A DNA stretch of 64,000 nucleotides from Setoptus koraiensis (taxonomy: Eukaryota > Animalia > Arthropoda): contig CM106585.1 of the NCBI GenBank assembly GCA_048013815.1, positions 19,592,001-19,656,000 on the forward strand. Reading direction: 5' to 3'. The notes under the pieces were generated by a model that was given only the letters and a program-made list of their open reading frames with translations, ran no database searches and was not told the DNA's origin. Below, in pieces: positions 13,307 to 24,597 of the stretch. Each line of letters opens with the position of its first letter. The first letter of the stretch is position 1. Made by a program: the position numbers and the translations under genes.

Positions 13307-13625
13307 GCTGCATTAGATGTAATTGCTACCGTACAAAATCATGCCGCTGCTAATTGCGCAATGGTTGCTGCCACTAAGCCCGTCGAAGAATCTCGCTGTT
13401 TGCGTCCGAACGCGGATGCATTCCGGAGCGTTCGCCGCTGGTCAGTGGCGGCCAACACGATCAGCCTGCTGATGAGTGCGCTGTGCCAGCTTTGCGAGCG
13501 AGCATCACGATAATCTTGTGCCCACTTACTGGCTGCGGACACGACGACCAGCGACGGCCAGTTAATTGCGCCGTGTGTCCATGATACATGCGAAATTTCG
13601 TCTCTCCATTTCTCATCTCTCTATC

Positions 13626-13715
13626 AGAGTCTCTCTATTAGCTACTAGAGTCTCTCTATTAGCTACTAGAGTCTCTCTATTAGCTTCTAGAGTCTCTCTG
13701 TTAGCTACTAGAGTC
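13626..13715. repeat. 21-bp tandem repeat (AGAGTCTCTCTATTAGCTACT) x4.3
   Basis: Read directly. Confidence 0.9.
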
Positions 13716-14864
13716 CAGAGAGGTTTGCCGGCCCGCAGACGCGCAGTGATTTACAGTTAGCGAGCCACTGGGCCGGCCGGATCTTCGGTTGGTTTGCTTC
13801 GGGTTGGCCGGCACACAATGGTGATAATTTGATTATGGCAGCCGAATCACCTGTCCCTGCTGCCATATCTGTCGTTGTCGCCGGCGCTGTCGCCGTGTTG
13901 TCGGCACTCACGGTCGACAACACGGCCGACAACACGGCCACTACAACATAATTACGGCGAGCGATGACGCAACGCAATAGTTGTGTACAAATAGTTATGT
14001 AATAGTTACGTACAAATAGTTATGTAATAGCTATGTAATAGTTATGTAATAGTTGTGCAATAATGCAACGACATGCACTTGGCACAGTGCACTTGACCGG
14101 ACGCACACACGGGCAACAAGGGTCAGCGGGCAAGTGTAAGTCTGCTAATTAGTGCGGCCGCATCCGTGCCGGCGACTGCTCACACCGGGCCGGCACACTG
14201 TGCCTCAATGGTACAAATTTTTGTTGGGCCAACAGTTTTCAAGGCTAGTGGCGCCATTGCGTAACTCACGGTCCGGCGTCGGTGTGGCCCGCAACGACGT
14301 TCGCTTCACTGGGTTACGCACACTCGCTGTCCAGCACACTCGCTGTCCAGCACACTGACCAGCACACTGACCAACACACACGCAATAGGCAAACAAATTA
14401 ATAATAAAACGAGATACAAAATGCAGTGCGGACAGCACTGGCAATAGCGAAAAGGGAGACGGGCGAGAAAGAGCGAGGTGTTTTGTGCAAATTGTCTGGC
14501 CGACATTGAACTGCTGACATTGTTATCGCGCGTCATTATCGTGCGCGCCGCCGCACTATTGTGCCGTCCGTCGGCCGGGCCGGCTGTTATTGTCCGCGCA
14601 AATTGCGGCCCATTCAGCGGCCGGTCCCATTCGGCGGCCGGCTGTCCCATTCGGTCGGACGGCAGCCAATCAAATGGTCGTAATCCAAGTCAAATGGTCG
14701 TAATCCAAATCAAATGGTCGCAATTCAAATCAAATGGGCGAATAATTATCGAGAATCGTTGGCTCAATTGGCGGCCAGTGGCGCGGGCACGGTTACGCGA
14801 ACACGGTAGCCGCGTTGGCAAAATCGAGCTCGATTATTCATTTGCTATCATTTGCAAGTGCGTA

Positions 14865-14913
14865 ACTCAATAATGAATATGGACGCAACGAGCGTTCATA
14901 TTCATTATTGAGT
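14865..14913. repeat. 22-bp inverted repeat (one G-U on + strand), 5-nt loop
   Basis: actcaataatgaatatggacgc-aacga-gcgttcatattcattattgagt. Confidence 0.85.
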
Positions 14914-17123
14914 GATATTGGCCATCTCAACGATATCACCAATGCCAACAATGCCAACGATACCAACAATGCCAACGATATCAACCGAATTCAACAATCT
15001 CGACAAATTCAACAATTTAAGCCAAGGCAACAATTGCAACCAGTGTCAGCCATTGCGCTTGCGTCAGCAATTGGCAAAATTTCAACAATTCAGCCATTCG
15101 GCAACAGTTGGCCAGTCGGCGCCCACATGGGCGCTAATGACCGGCCAAACGGCTCAGAGAGCTCGTGCGCTAATGATGGCGATGTCGTGCCATCGCGTAA
15201 CACGACGCGCAATATTACAAATGACGTAACATTATACGCAACGCAACGTAACACTACACGCGACGCAACATTGCACATGACGTAACATTATGCGCGACTT
15301 AGCGTCATTAGCACGCACAAACAGAAGGCATTGGCGCACGTAATCGCGCGTTTGGCAACTCGTTCAATGGAACGTTCAATGGCCAATTGTCCAATTGTCC
15401 GGTTGCGACCATTCAATGATTCCCATTGAGTCATCGATATCGTGCGACTGGACGCTGTTGCGCAACGCCCGTCATGCGTGCGACTGCACGCCGCCGGTCA
15501 CCTGTACACATTGCATACATGCACCTACCGTACACATGCCGCTATTCGCATTGCGTAACGGCCGCCATTCGCGTTGCGTAACGCTGACAAATGGCGTTAC
15601 GCAACGTGATGAATGGCGTTACGCAACGTGATGAATGGCGCACAAACGGAGCGGCAAGCGGCCGACAACGGCCAGACAGATCGTTCGGCCGGTAATAACA
15701 GAGCGCGGCCAGCGAACAGTTATTAGACAGTTATTGTTGTTATTACATATTACACACATTGCCGGCCGCCCGATCGTCTCGAGTTTTGTGCGGCGACCAG
15801 CGATCGTGATCCGTCGGTCGGTCGCTCGCTCGGTCGCTCGCTCGCGATTCCCGAGCCGATCGATCGGCCGACCCGCCAGTCGACGGCGCGAGGGATCGGA
15901 CGGCGCAACGCCGCAGCGAGCGACGACCCGCCCGCTCTAATCTAATATCTGACGTGACGCAACTCGCGGCCCGGGTTCCGCTGGCCGCGACGGGCCGATT
16001 TTGCCCAATTTCGATTGGTCGCTGCCAATTGTGACCGGTCGCACACTTCGCATACTCCAACACACACACACACACACACACACACGCTGCCAATGTTACG
16101 TCATGTTATGTTGCGTTATGTTGTATTACGTCATGTTATGTTGCGGCATGAACGCTCCAGTCATCGGTCATTCACTCATGACTCCCGCCATGATGGCAAC
16201 GCCGGCGATAACAATCATTATCTCTCTCGACAGCGCCGGCCGCGATGCAATGCCGCCGCAATATGCGCGCAATTGCCGCGGCCGGCGATATGCAGATTTT
16301 TTGCTGTGTGTAGTCGCTGCCCTATTGGCGCCAGCGGTCAGCCTGTGCGCCGCTGAAACGTGTCCGGCGTTTTTTATGCCAGATAATGACTGTGTCGGTT
16401 GTCGAATGACGCAACTTGCGCACACCAATTGCACACTGTAGACTGCACACACAAGAAATATTTTCAGTATTTGCAGCGTTTTCGCCAGCGTCGGCTATCA
16501 ATGAGTCGGCTATCAATGAGTCGGCTATCAATGAGTCGGCGTGCAAGCGGCCGGCAAGACGCCGAGACGGCGAAATGCCGAGACGCCGAGACGACGAAAT
16601 GCCAAGACGACGAGACGACGAGGCGGCGAGACGGCGCCACTGGGCCGGCCAACGATGGTGTGTGGTTTTGTCAATAAGTGACCACAAAAACGGAACAACA
16701 ACGACAACAACTAATACACTTGTTACACTTGTTGCTGTCCATTGTTGTCGCTGGTCAAGTTCAAATGTTACAAATGTTACGCAACTGTTGCCACTTGACA
16801 CACCGACACGCCAGACGCTGGGACACACAACAAAACAGCGACTGGCTGCCGGCAACAAAAAACAAGCGCAAGCCCATTGAATGCACTCGGCCGGCGCACG
16901 TTGCCTCGACGGCTGGCGGCCGCGTCGGCCGGCCAGTTGTCGGCGCTGTGAGATGGTCATGGTCAGATATTCATATGCGCGCTTGCGTAAGTTGCCACAG
17001 CACCGAGCGACCGATGAGCTGTGCAGCGGCGACCACGGCAACACAGCAATAATTTACAATTATTGTTTAGTCATCATCATCATTGCTGTTGAACAGCGAC
17101 AACAACAGCAGCGACAGCGACAG

Positions 17124-17124
17124 C

Positions 17125-17171
<47 letters not shown>
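17124..17171. repeat. (CAA)16 microsatellite within a larger CAA/CAG/CGA low-complexity block
   Basis: Read directly. It is the source of the poly-Q/N/T/V/C shadow ORFs at 16.9-17.7 kb. Confidence 0.9.
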
Positions 17172-18898
17172 CGACCGCGGCAACAACGACAGCGAACAAC
17201 GACAACAACGACAGCGAACAACGACAACAACGACAGCGAACAACAACAGCGAACAACGACAACAACAGCAACAACAAGCGATAAGAGGCGTCCAGATGAG
17301 ATTGCGCGTCTTGCAAATCAAGTTGTTGCGTAACTGCGGCCAGACTCGCCAGCGGCGACTATTACGCAACAGGCCGCTCAACTGGCTGCAATTGTTGCTC
17401 ATGTCGCTGTTGTTTGTGCCGTTGATATGCCTGCGCGTCGCTGCTCATGACGGTGATGCCGCCGTCGCAACAACAACCGAGCAGCAGCCGAACAGCATCC
17501 GAGCAACAGCCAACAGCAGCGACAGGCAACAGCAACCAACAACAACAACAACCGACGACGACGACGACGAGCAACGACAAGCGCGCAGCCGGACAAGCGA
17601 ACAACACAGTTACGTCATGTCGGCCGCCGGTTGCGTCATCGCGTCGATCAGCGGACACCGGCGATGATTTGTTTGACTTGACTGTGTGCTGGCATCAAGC
17701 GACTGGCATCATGCGAGTCGTATCATGCGAGCCGTATGAGCCCTCGCATGACCAATGCGCACACAGTGCCGGACTGGCCATAAAAATGATGTAAGAGTTG
17801 CGCTGACCCGCCGGTCAATCACACGTCATTTGCATCTCGCAAATGACAATATTCAGTGTTGTCAGCTGACAGGGCTGCGAGATGACAATTTGTGATTCAC
17901 AAATATAATCGCATGTCACTGTGACCGTTTACGGAACGCACTCAACTCATTTCAATCGAATGCGCTCTCGGGCTGCCCCCCGTTGGACGGTCCGTGTCGC
18001 GGACCGCATGCCGCTCCGCACACCCGGTGCCACAACGGGCGCCGCAAACGCCGCAGACGCCGCAAACGCAACGGCGCAAATTAATTGCGAGCAAAACTGT
18101 ACAACTGCCACCACTGTCAATGACGGCACGTCGCCATGAGAAAATCAACTTTGCGAAATAAACTCATTAAAAAGCTCATCTAACCCGTTGAGTGTCAACG
18201 GGCTAGGTGACGGTCGGCGCGGCCGCTCGGGGTGCCGGCGGCGGCCGATCCGATTGCGCTCGTCGACAGTTAGCGCCATCGACCTGCCGACTCTGGCGAG
18301 TGCGGCGAGTGCGGCGAGATTTCCGGCGAGACGCTCACACGGGCCGACGAGGCTCGCGGGCGAAGCGTCCGGCGGGACTGGTCGGCGGTCTGTTTTGCAT
18401 TCCGCCGAATCTCGCCGCCTCTCGCATTCCGAATCTCGCCGCGTCTCGCATTCCGAATCGCGCCGAATCTCGCCGAATCTTGCCGCAGCTCGCCGCAGCT
18501 CGCCGCATCGCGCTTCGAACGGCCGAGCGAGCGGCCAGTGAAGTATGTCGCTGGCTGGCTGGCCGGCCGGCGAGCGGCGCGACGAGCGCCGGGTGTGCGC
18601 TGTGTGAACTTGAACTCTGGCGCGACTCCACGACGAGCGTCAATGAACGGCCACAGGCGAACCACGACAAACAATGGCGGCTGTTCGCGGCGAGGCCCGG
18701 CGAGCACGAATGCCCGATCGAGACTCTCGAATTGAGAGTAGGCGCAACTGCGGCGACGCGCAGCGACCGACAGCGACCGACAGCGACAGAAAGAGCGAAT
18801 CACGGCGACTGAAGGAACGAATCACGGCGACAGAAGGGACGACCGAGTGGCACAAAGAAGCCCAGCGAAGCGTCTTGGCTCGTTCGGCGCTCGACCGG

Positions 18899-18966
18899 CT
18901 ACCTGTGCGTCACCTGTGTCACCTGTGCTACCTGTGTCACCTGTGCTACCTGTGTCACCTGTGTTG
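18899..18966. repeat. Tandem array of seven ACCTGTG cores (alternating CACCTG/TACCTG)
   Basis: ctacctgtgcgt cacctgtgt cacctgtgc tacctgtgt cacctgtgc tacctgtgt cacctgtgttg. Confidence 0.85.
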
Positions 18967-20846
18967 TGCTACCTATGTCGTGTTGGCTGTGTGTCGCGCG
19001 GCGACTCTCATTAGCGTGCCAGCACCAAAGAGTGTTTTCATTCATGGTGCGACGACTCTTGCCGCCAGCTGACTGCAGCGTGCACCCTGAATGACAATGC
19101 AAACAATTATTCACCTGTTGAACTGGCTCGCTCGTTCGCTTGCTGGATTCTCGCGTCGAATTGTCTCGTTGGATTCGCCTGTTGGATTGGCTCGTCGAAC
19201 TCGCTCGTCGAATTCGCTGAATCAGCGAGTCGCTTGATTCAGCCCAAAATAAAGAATCTGGCAGCGATTTCTTCTCGCCGGCTGGCTGGCCAGCAGTGAA
19301 AGAATGTTGCTGTGTGTCCATTGTGCCCGCAGCCAACATGTTCAACGTGGACACACACACACACTGAACAACTGCGAGCGACAGTGATCGGCGGCCGAAC
19401 CGAATCAACTGGTGGCCGCGATCAACTTTTAATCATGCGCCCACAACAGTGCACTGGGCACCATTTCAATTAGAGCGATTTGTGACCCCTCGAGCTCATT
19501 ATTGTTCGAGTTCGGCCGAGAGCAGAGTTCAAGTTCGATCATATCGGCGCGGCTGTCAGTTGAGCGACGGCCGGCATCGGCTCGGTGTCGCATTGATGGC
19601 GGCTTCGGCCACTCGCAGCTCCGAAGCCTCGGCCACTGGCAGCTCCGGCGAGCTTGTGTGAGACAAAAAATGTCCCTGCCTGTGTAATTATATTGTGTGT
19701 GCTACTCGTTGGCTAATCGATTAGCTTTCTCCTCTTGTTCGCTGTCGGCGTCGCCGTGGTCGTGTCGCTGTCGTTGTCGTTGTCTCTGTTGTTGTCGATC
19801 GCTTTTGTTGATGCTCCACGTCGAGCCGGCCGATGCGGCGCCTAGCCGCGCCAGTGCGCGGACGCATGACACATCGGACAGGTAGCGCAGGTGAGCCGGG
19901 CAGCAGCGATGCGACACACAGGCGAGCGCTTTCACATGGTCGTCGTTTCGTTGTTGTTGCTGCCGTTTTGTTGTTGTTGCTGTTGCTGCCGTTTTGTTGC
20001 CCCCGCGTCCTTTATGCGACTCTCCAATTTATTATTTGCCTCTGTCCGCTCTCTCGCTCTCTCTCGATCGCTCGCTCGCTGCCTCGTAAATCGCCTAGCC
20101 AGAGCCGGCTCGCTAGCAGCCACTGGCAGCATGGCCAGCTAGCAGTGTAGTGATCGAGTGCATCGAGTTGCGGTGGCCGCTGTGCGGCCACTGTGGCCAA
20201 TGTCAGCCAGCTCGAGGCAGCTCGAGGCAGCAGTCGAGCGGCAATGTTGCCAGCCAACCAAACCAGCCACGAGAGAATGTTCGACGCTTCGACAATTCGA
20301 GAGAGTTCGCACAGGTGAAATTAGAGGCAAACAGCGCACAGGTGAGACGGGCGCAAAAGAAGCAGCAGAGTTTGTGTTGCACAATTCGAAAGGGCGACAC
20401 TCCAGTGTGCACTCCAGCGGCACACATGTACAAATAAATGGATACGCCGTGGATAGACCGCGCTAGCGCCAACTCAATTGTCCAGTGTGTGTGTGCAATG
20501 GCCAAACTAGCCCGGTCGGGCTGCTGCGATTGCTGTTGCGGGCGACGTATTGGCTAGCATTGTCGGTGGACATTGTCGGTGGACATCGTCAGTGGACAGC
20601 GGGCAAAGAATATTGTGCCCGCTGTCCGCTGGCAATGTCCACCTGACTGTGTTCGTGTGCGCCAGCAACAACGACGACAGCAACACTAACGCCAACAACA
20701 ACAACAGCAACAGCAACAACAACGACAGTGACAGCGACAACGACAGTGACAGCGACAAAAGCGACGCAAACATCCTTTTGCGACCTGTTGCATCTCCATC
20801 GCTGGCCATCGTTGGCCATCGCCGGCCATCGCTGACCATTGCAAGC

Positions 20847-20919
20847 GCACCTGTTGCATCGGCTCACCTGTGCAGCGGCCAGCGGCCAGTGGGCTCAGGT
20901 GAGCCGATGCGACAGGTGC
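20847..20919. repeat. 24-bp inverted repeat (one U-G on + strand), 25-nt loop; each arm has two CACCTG/CAGGTG boxes
   Basis: gcacctgttgcatcggctcacctg ... caggtgagccgatgcgacaggtgc. Confidence 0.85.
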
Positions 20920-21502
20920 AGTGACTATGTTGCACTTGTTGTTGTTGCGCTTGTTGTGTGCGTCCATGTCAACGTGTGAATTCTATCAATATAATTAAGT
21001 GTAACCAATGACCAATGTGCGAATCTGTCACTGGCCAGCTCTTCCCTTTGCGACTATTTGGAGCTATTTCCAAACAGTGGCGCCAACAAGCACCAGTCAA
21101 CAAACAAGCTCGTTGTGTTGTCGGCGTGCTGCTGCCGGCCGGCCGGCCGGTCAGCTTGTGTCACAGCCAATTGCATTGTGTGTGTGCATGTTACATAATA
21201 GCTGCAGTTGCAACAACACGGACACTTGTTGTAGGTTGTTGTTGCTGTTGCTGCTGCTGATGCTGCTGTTGTTGTTGTTGTTGTTGGCCAACAGACAAAC
21301 AAAGTGAGCCCTTGAGCACGGGTACAGGCGCTGCTGCCGGCACTGTCACTGTTGTGCTACAAGACACAAATGTCGTGCTGTCAGGCTGGCAGACAGAAGC
21401 ACACATTGGGCAGCATAATTTATAGTTAGTGGTCAGTGCCACTTTAGAGGCCAACAAAAACAACAGCTGACTAATTTGTCTTTGCTGCCATTGTCGTTGT
21501 TG

Positions 21503-21565
21503 CCGTCAATACCGGCAGCGCCAATGTCATCGGCAGGCTGACATTGGCGCTGCCGGTATTGACGG
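21503..21565. repeat. Perfect 27-bp inverted repeat, 9-nt loop (63-nt hairpin) in dumpy intron 2
   Basis: ccgtcaataccggcagcgccaatgtca-tcggcaggc-tgacattggcgctgccggtattgacgg; the arms are exact reverse complements. Confidence 0.9.
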
Positions 21566-21786
21566 TCATCGACATCGACCGGCAATAGTGGCCAGACTAA
21601 CTGGACGAACTGGGCTCACGACAAGCCCGTCATGACAGTCATGACAAATGCTGAACCGACGACACCTTAGATTTGAATATTTGCACTTGTTGACCACTGG
21701 TCTGGTGGCCAACAAGTGGCGCGATAATATGTTGCGCAATTGATCGTTATTTTTAAAGCCAGCCAATCAATTATCGTGTCACTTAC

Positions 21787-21816
21787 CTTGGCAGTGGAGG
21801 CCGTCGCCGTCGTAGC
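21787..21816 (-). CDS. dpy: Dumpy micro-exon 2 (30 nt, GYDGDGLHCQ)
   Basis: caacag|GCTACGACGGCGACGGCCTCCACTGCCAAG|gtaagt, phase 1-1. It completes the EGF begun in exon 1 (SCFPG|YDGDGLHCQ|DINEC) and parallels fly GYRGNGFHCE as recalled. Confidence 0.85.
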
Positions 21817-23022
21817 CTGTTGTTTGCACATGATTGATGTTGTTGTTGCGCGTTGACATTTATCATTTATCATCATCATTGTTGATGTTGATGTTGTTGT
21901 TGGTGGTTTTGTTGTTGTTGTTGTTGCACATAGATTGGTGTTCACGTTAATTGTTGTTGATGGTCGGAGGTGTTGAAACGAAATTGTTATCATTATTCAA
22001 TGTGGTGTGTGTGTGTGTTAACGAGCAATTGGAACGGCGAGCACATTGTCGTTCGGATGATAGAGGTCATTTGTGTCGTTGTCAGTGTTGTTGTTGCCGG
22101 TTGTTGCCGGTTATTGGCGGATAGTTTGCGTGGTTTGACAAGTTCGTGGTGTTAACGGTGAGCGGCAGTGTTGGTTGTTTCATTGGTGGTCGCACGTATG
22201 GCACGATATACATGACGACACGTGCACAGTTGGTGTTGATGTTTGTTTGCGACGACAAATAGTGATGATAATAATTTGATTGTTGATGATCGTCGTTCCA
22301 GCGCACAGTTGATTGGGTGATGTGTGTCGTTTATAGACCGTTTATTGCGGTTGTAAATAACGAGTGTCAGAATGGATGAGAGTGTAAAATAAAGGAAATG
22401 CGAGTTAATGTGCGAGCTCATTAGTTTAGTTGTTGCTGTCTTGTCAGCGAGCTTGTCTTTGGTTGATCCGCTGCATGGTGCATGCAATTAGCTGCCGACA
22501 ATCTCAGCCAATATGTGTATACATGAAGGTGCCAATGACTAGATTGGCATACGCCAAGAGTTGTTTGGCATATGTTAAAGTGGCAGCAAGTTACCAATTG
22601 GCAATTATCAGCATTAGTATTAGTATTGTCGGCATCGGCGCGTATGGCCCACGAAACGGGCGGCCACGAAGCGACGCTGTAGCCAAGAGCATCACACGAG
22701 CGCTAGATTTGCCCATCAATGGTAAATTTCGCGATGCGCACCGAGCGCATATTGAGCGCATGTTTTGGCATAATTTAGCATATTTTGGCTACGATGGGCC
22801 AAATGCGGCATTTATATGTGCGATTGTGCACATAAAAGCGCATGAACACACATAAACGCGCATAGACATGCATAAACGCGCGCATGAATGCACATATACG
22901 TGCATGAATATATATATATACGCATGAATATATATACATATGCGCATATGCAAGCGTGTGAGCGTACGCCATTCGCAGGAGCAGCAGGACTTTTGGCTTT
23001 TGCGTGCGACATATTGACTTAC

Positions 23023-23794
23023 CTGGAAAACACGAGCAATAGTAGCTGCCCATGGTGTTGGTGCAATGGGCAAACACATCACACGGCCTGTATTTGCATT
23101 CGTTTTCATCTGGCAATTCGCACGACTTTCCGCCGTAGCCGTCGTTACAATAGCATAGATTGTTGAGACACACTCCATTGACGCATTTGGGCATTTGCGG
23201 ATGACAATGATTCCTATCTGTACATTTGAGCTCTCTGGCCAATTCATCCGTTCCCTGGAAACATTGGGGCGTCCCGTCGCACAATTTGCTCAATTCAAAC
23301 AATTGCAAAAAGTCTTGCGATTCGTTCACCTGACAACCGAAATAACCGTCTTCTAAATTGAGCAAAAATATCTCTTGTTGTAATGATTTACTTGGCCACT
23401 GAGGCTTGTATTGGGCCTCAACCATGAGAAACGACCTGGCGCCAACGGTGCCAGTGTCGTGTGGATGATGTGTGTTTGATTGTGTGTTGTTGTTGTGGTT
23501 GTTGTTGGTCGGTGCGATACTCGTCGTCGTGTGGTCATACTTGTTGTGGTCATTTGTGGATAATGCATAATGCGCACTTGTTGTGGCCTGGCTGTGGCCG
23601 TGGCTGTGGCTGAGGCCATTTTGTTGTTGTTGCAATTTGCTATTTGAGAAAATTGACGTAAGTGGTCTAGTGGCTTCTATTACTGTCTCAGTGTATTGAT
23701 GATAGCTGGGCCAGGGGAACAAATATACACATACAAATATAAATATCTGGGTTGTTGCCACTAGTGATGGTGGTCGCCTAAAATGGTGGCCCAT
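23023..23794 (-). CDS. dpy: Dumpy first coding exon: signal-like N-terminus, His/Thr/Asn-rich linker, Dumpy N-terminal Cys module, EGF and start of cbEGF
   Basis: EIFLLNLEDGYFGCQVNESQDFLQLFELSKLCDGTPQCFQGTDELARELKCT...CYCNDGYGG...DENECKYRPCDVFAHCTNTMGSYYCSCFPG closely matches the Drosophila Dumpy N-terminus as recalled. ATG at 23794 follows a cacag acceptor-like site and an in-frame upstream stop. Donor ccag|gtaagt at 23022. Confidence 0.9.
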
Positions 23795-24564
23795 CACTGT
23801 GTACTGCGCGTGTCACTGGCTACCAGCAGTGACCACTACAACTGTCGGCTGGGCTACACAACTGTTGTCGTCTGTTTGTCTTGGATGGGTCTGATGGGTT
23901 GTCAACTGACTGATTATTGTGCCTTATGATATAATTAGAGCCACTCGAGACTAATTAATTAGTGACAGTGATGTTTGTTTGTTGCGTTGTTTGTATTTGT
24001 GGCACGCACTGCAATTATCTGCTGGCGCATAAATGCGGCGCTGATTTGAATTTGATCTTGATCACCTGCTCGAGATGCATCTTCTGTTGGCTTGCGGGGG
24101 CGACTCGTTGGGCACGTTATATGTTCGTCGATGCGACGCTCGATGACGCTCGATGATGCTGGCTTGCGTATGAGGCGATGATGACAAGACGATGTCGAGA
24201 CGATGTGAAGACGATGTCGAGACGACGTACACAGTGTTATGATGTTGTTCGGTCGTGAGCAAACCAATGACTGACTGGAAACACATTTCACCAGCACGCA
24301 TTTGCAGCTCGGCCACAGACTCAACTCTTGAGTTACACAACTCAACTAGCTGGCCAACGGGTAATGCGGTTGCAAACGCACAACAGCAACAGCTACAAAC
24401 CGGCGCTCACTCGACAACTTTGGTCGACACTAATTCTTGGTAAAGTTGAGCTGAGCGTCTTGAGTCGCTTAATAAAGTCGTCGCACTTGATAGCCAACAG
24501 AGAGAGAGAGAGACTCACCTGAGCCAACAACAGCGCAACAGCTACAGCTTAAGGTCAGCCTTTA

Positions 24565-24597
24565 TCAGCTCACCTGAGCTCATCTCAGGTGAGCTGA
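24565..24597. repeat. Perfect 14-bp inverted repeat built on CTCACCTGAG
   Basis: tcagctcacctgag-ctcat-ctcaggtgagctga. Confidence 0.85.

Noticed and set aside
18899-18955. CAGGTAG copies as Zelda (TAGteam) sites
   Set aside because: Zelda is not known from chelicerates and the organism is unconfirmed. They are treated only as generic ZEB/E-box-like cores.
21678-21695. atttgcacttgt resembling miR-92 family mature sequence
   Set aside because: The seed does not match (TTTGCAC versus ATTGCAC), the 3' part differs and the hairpin is too short.
22430-22855. 141-aa + strand ORF ending in ...LAYFGYD, vaguely sulfotransferase-like
   Set aside because: It is a TTG-start ORF with no PAPS-binding motifs and lies in dumpy intron 1. 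The similarity is most likely chance.
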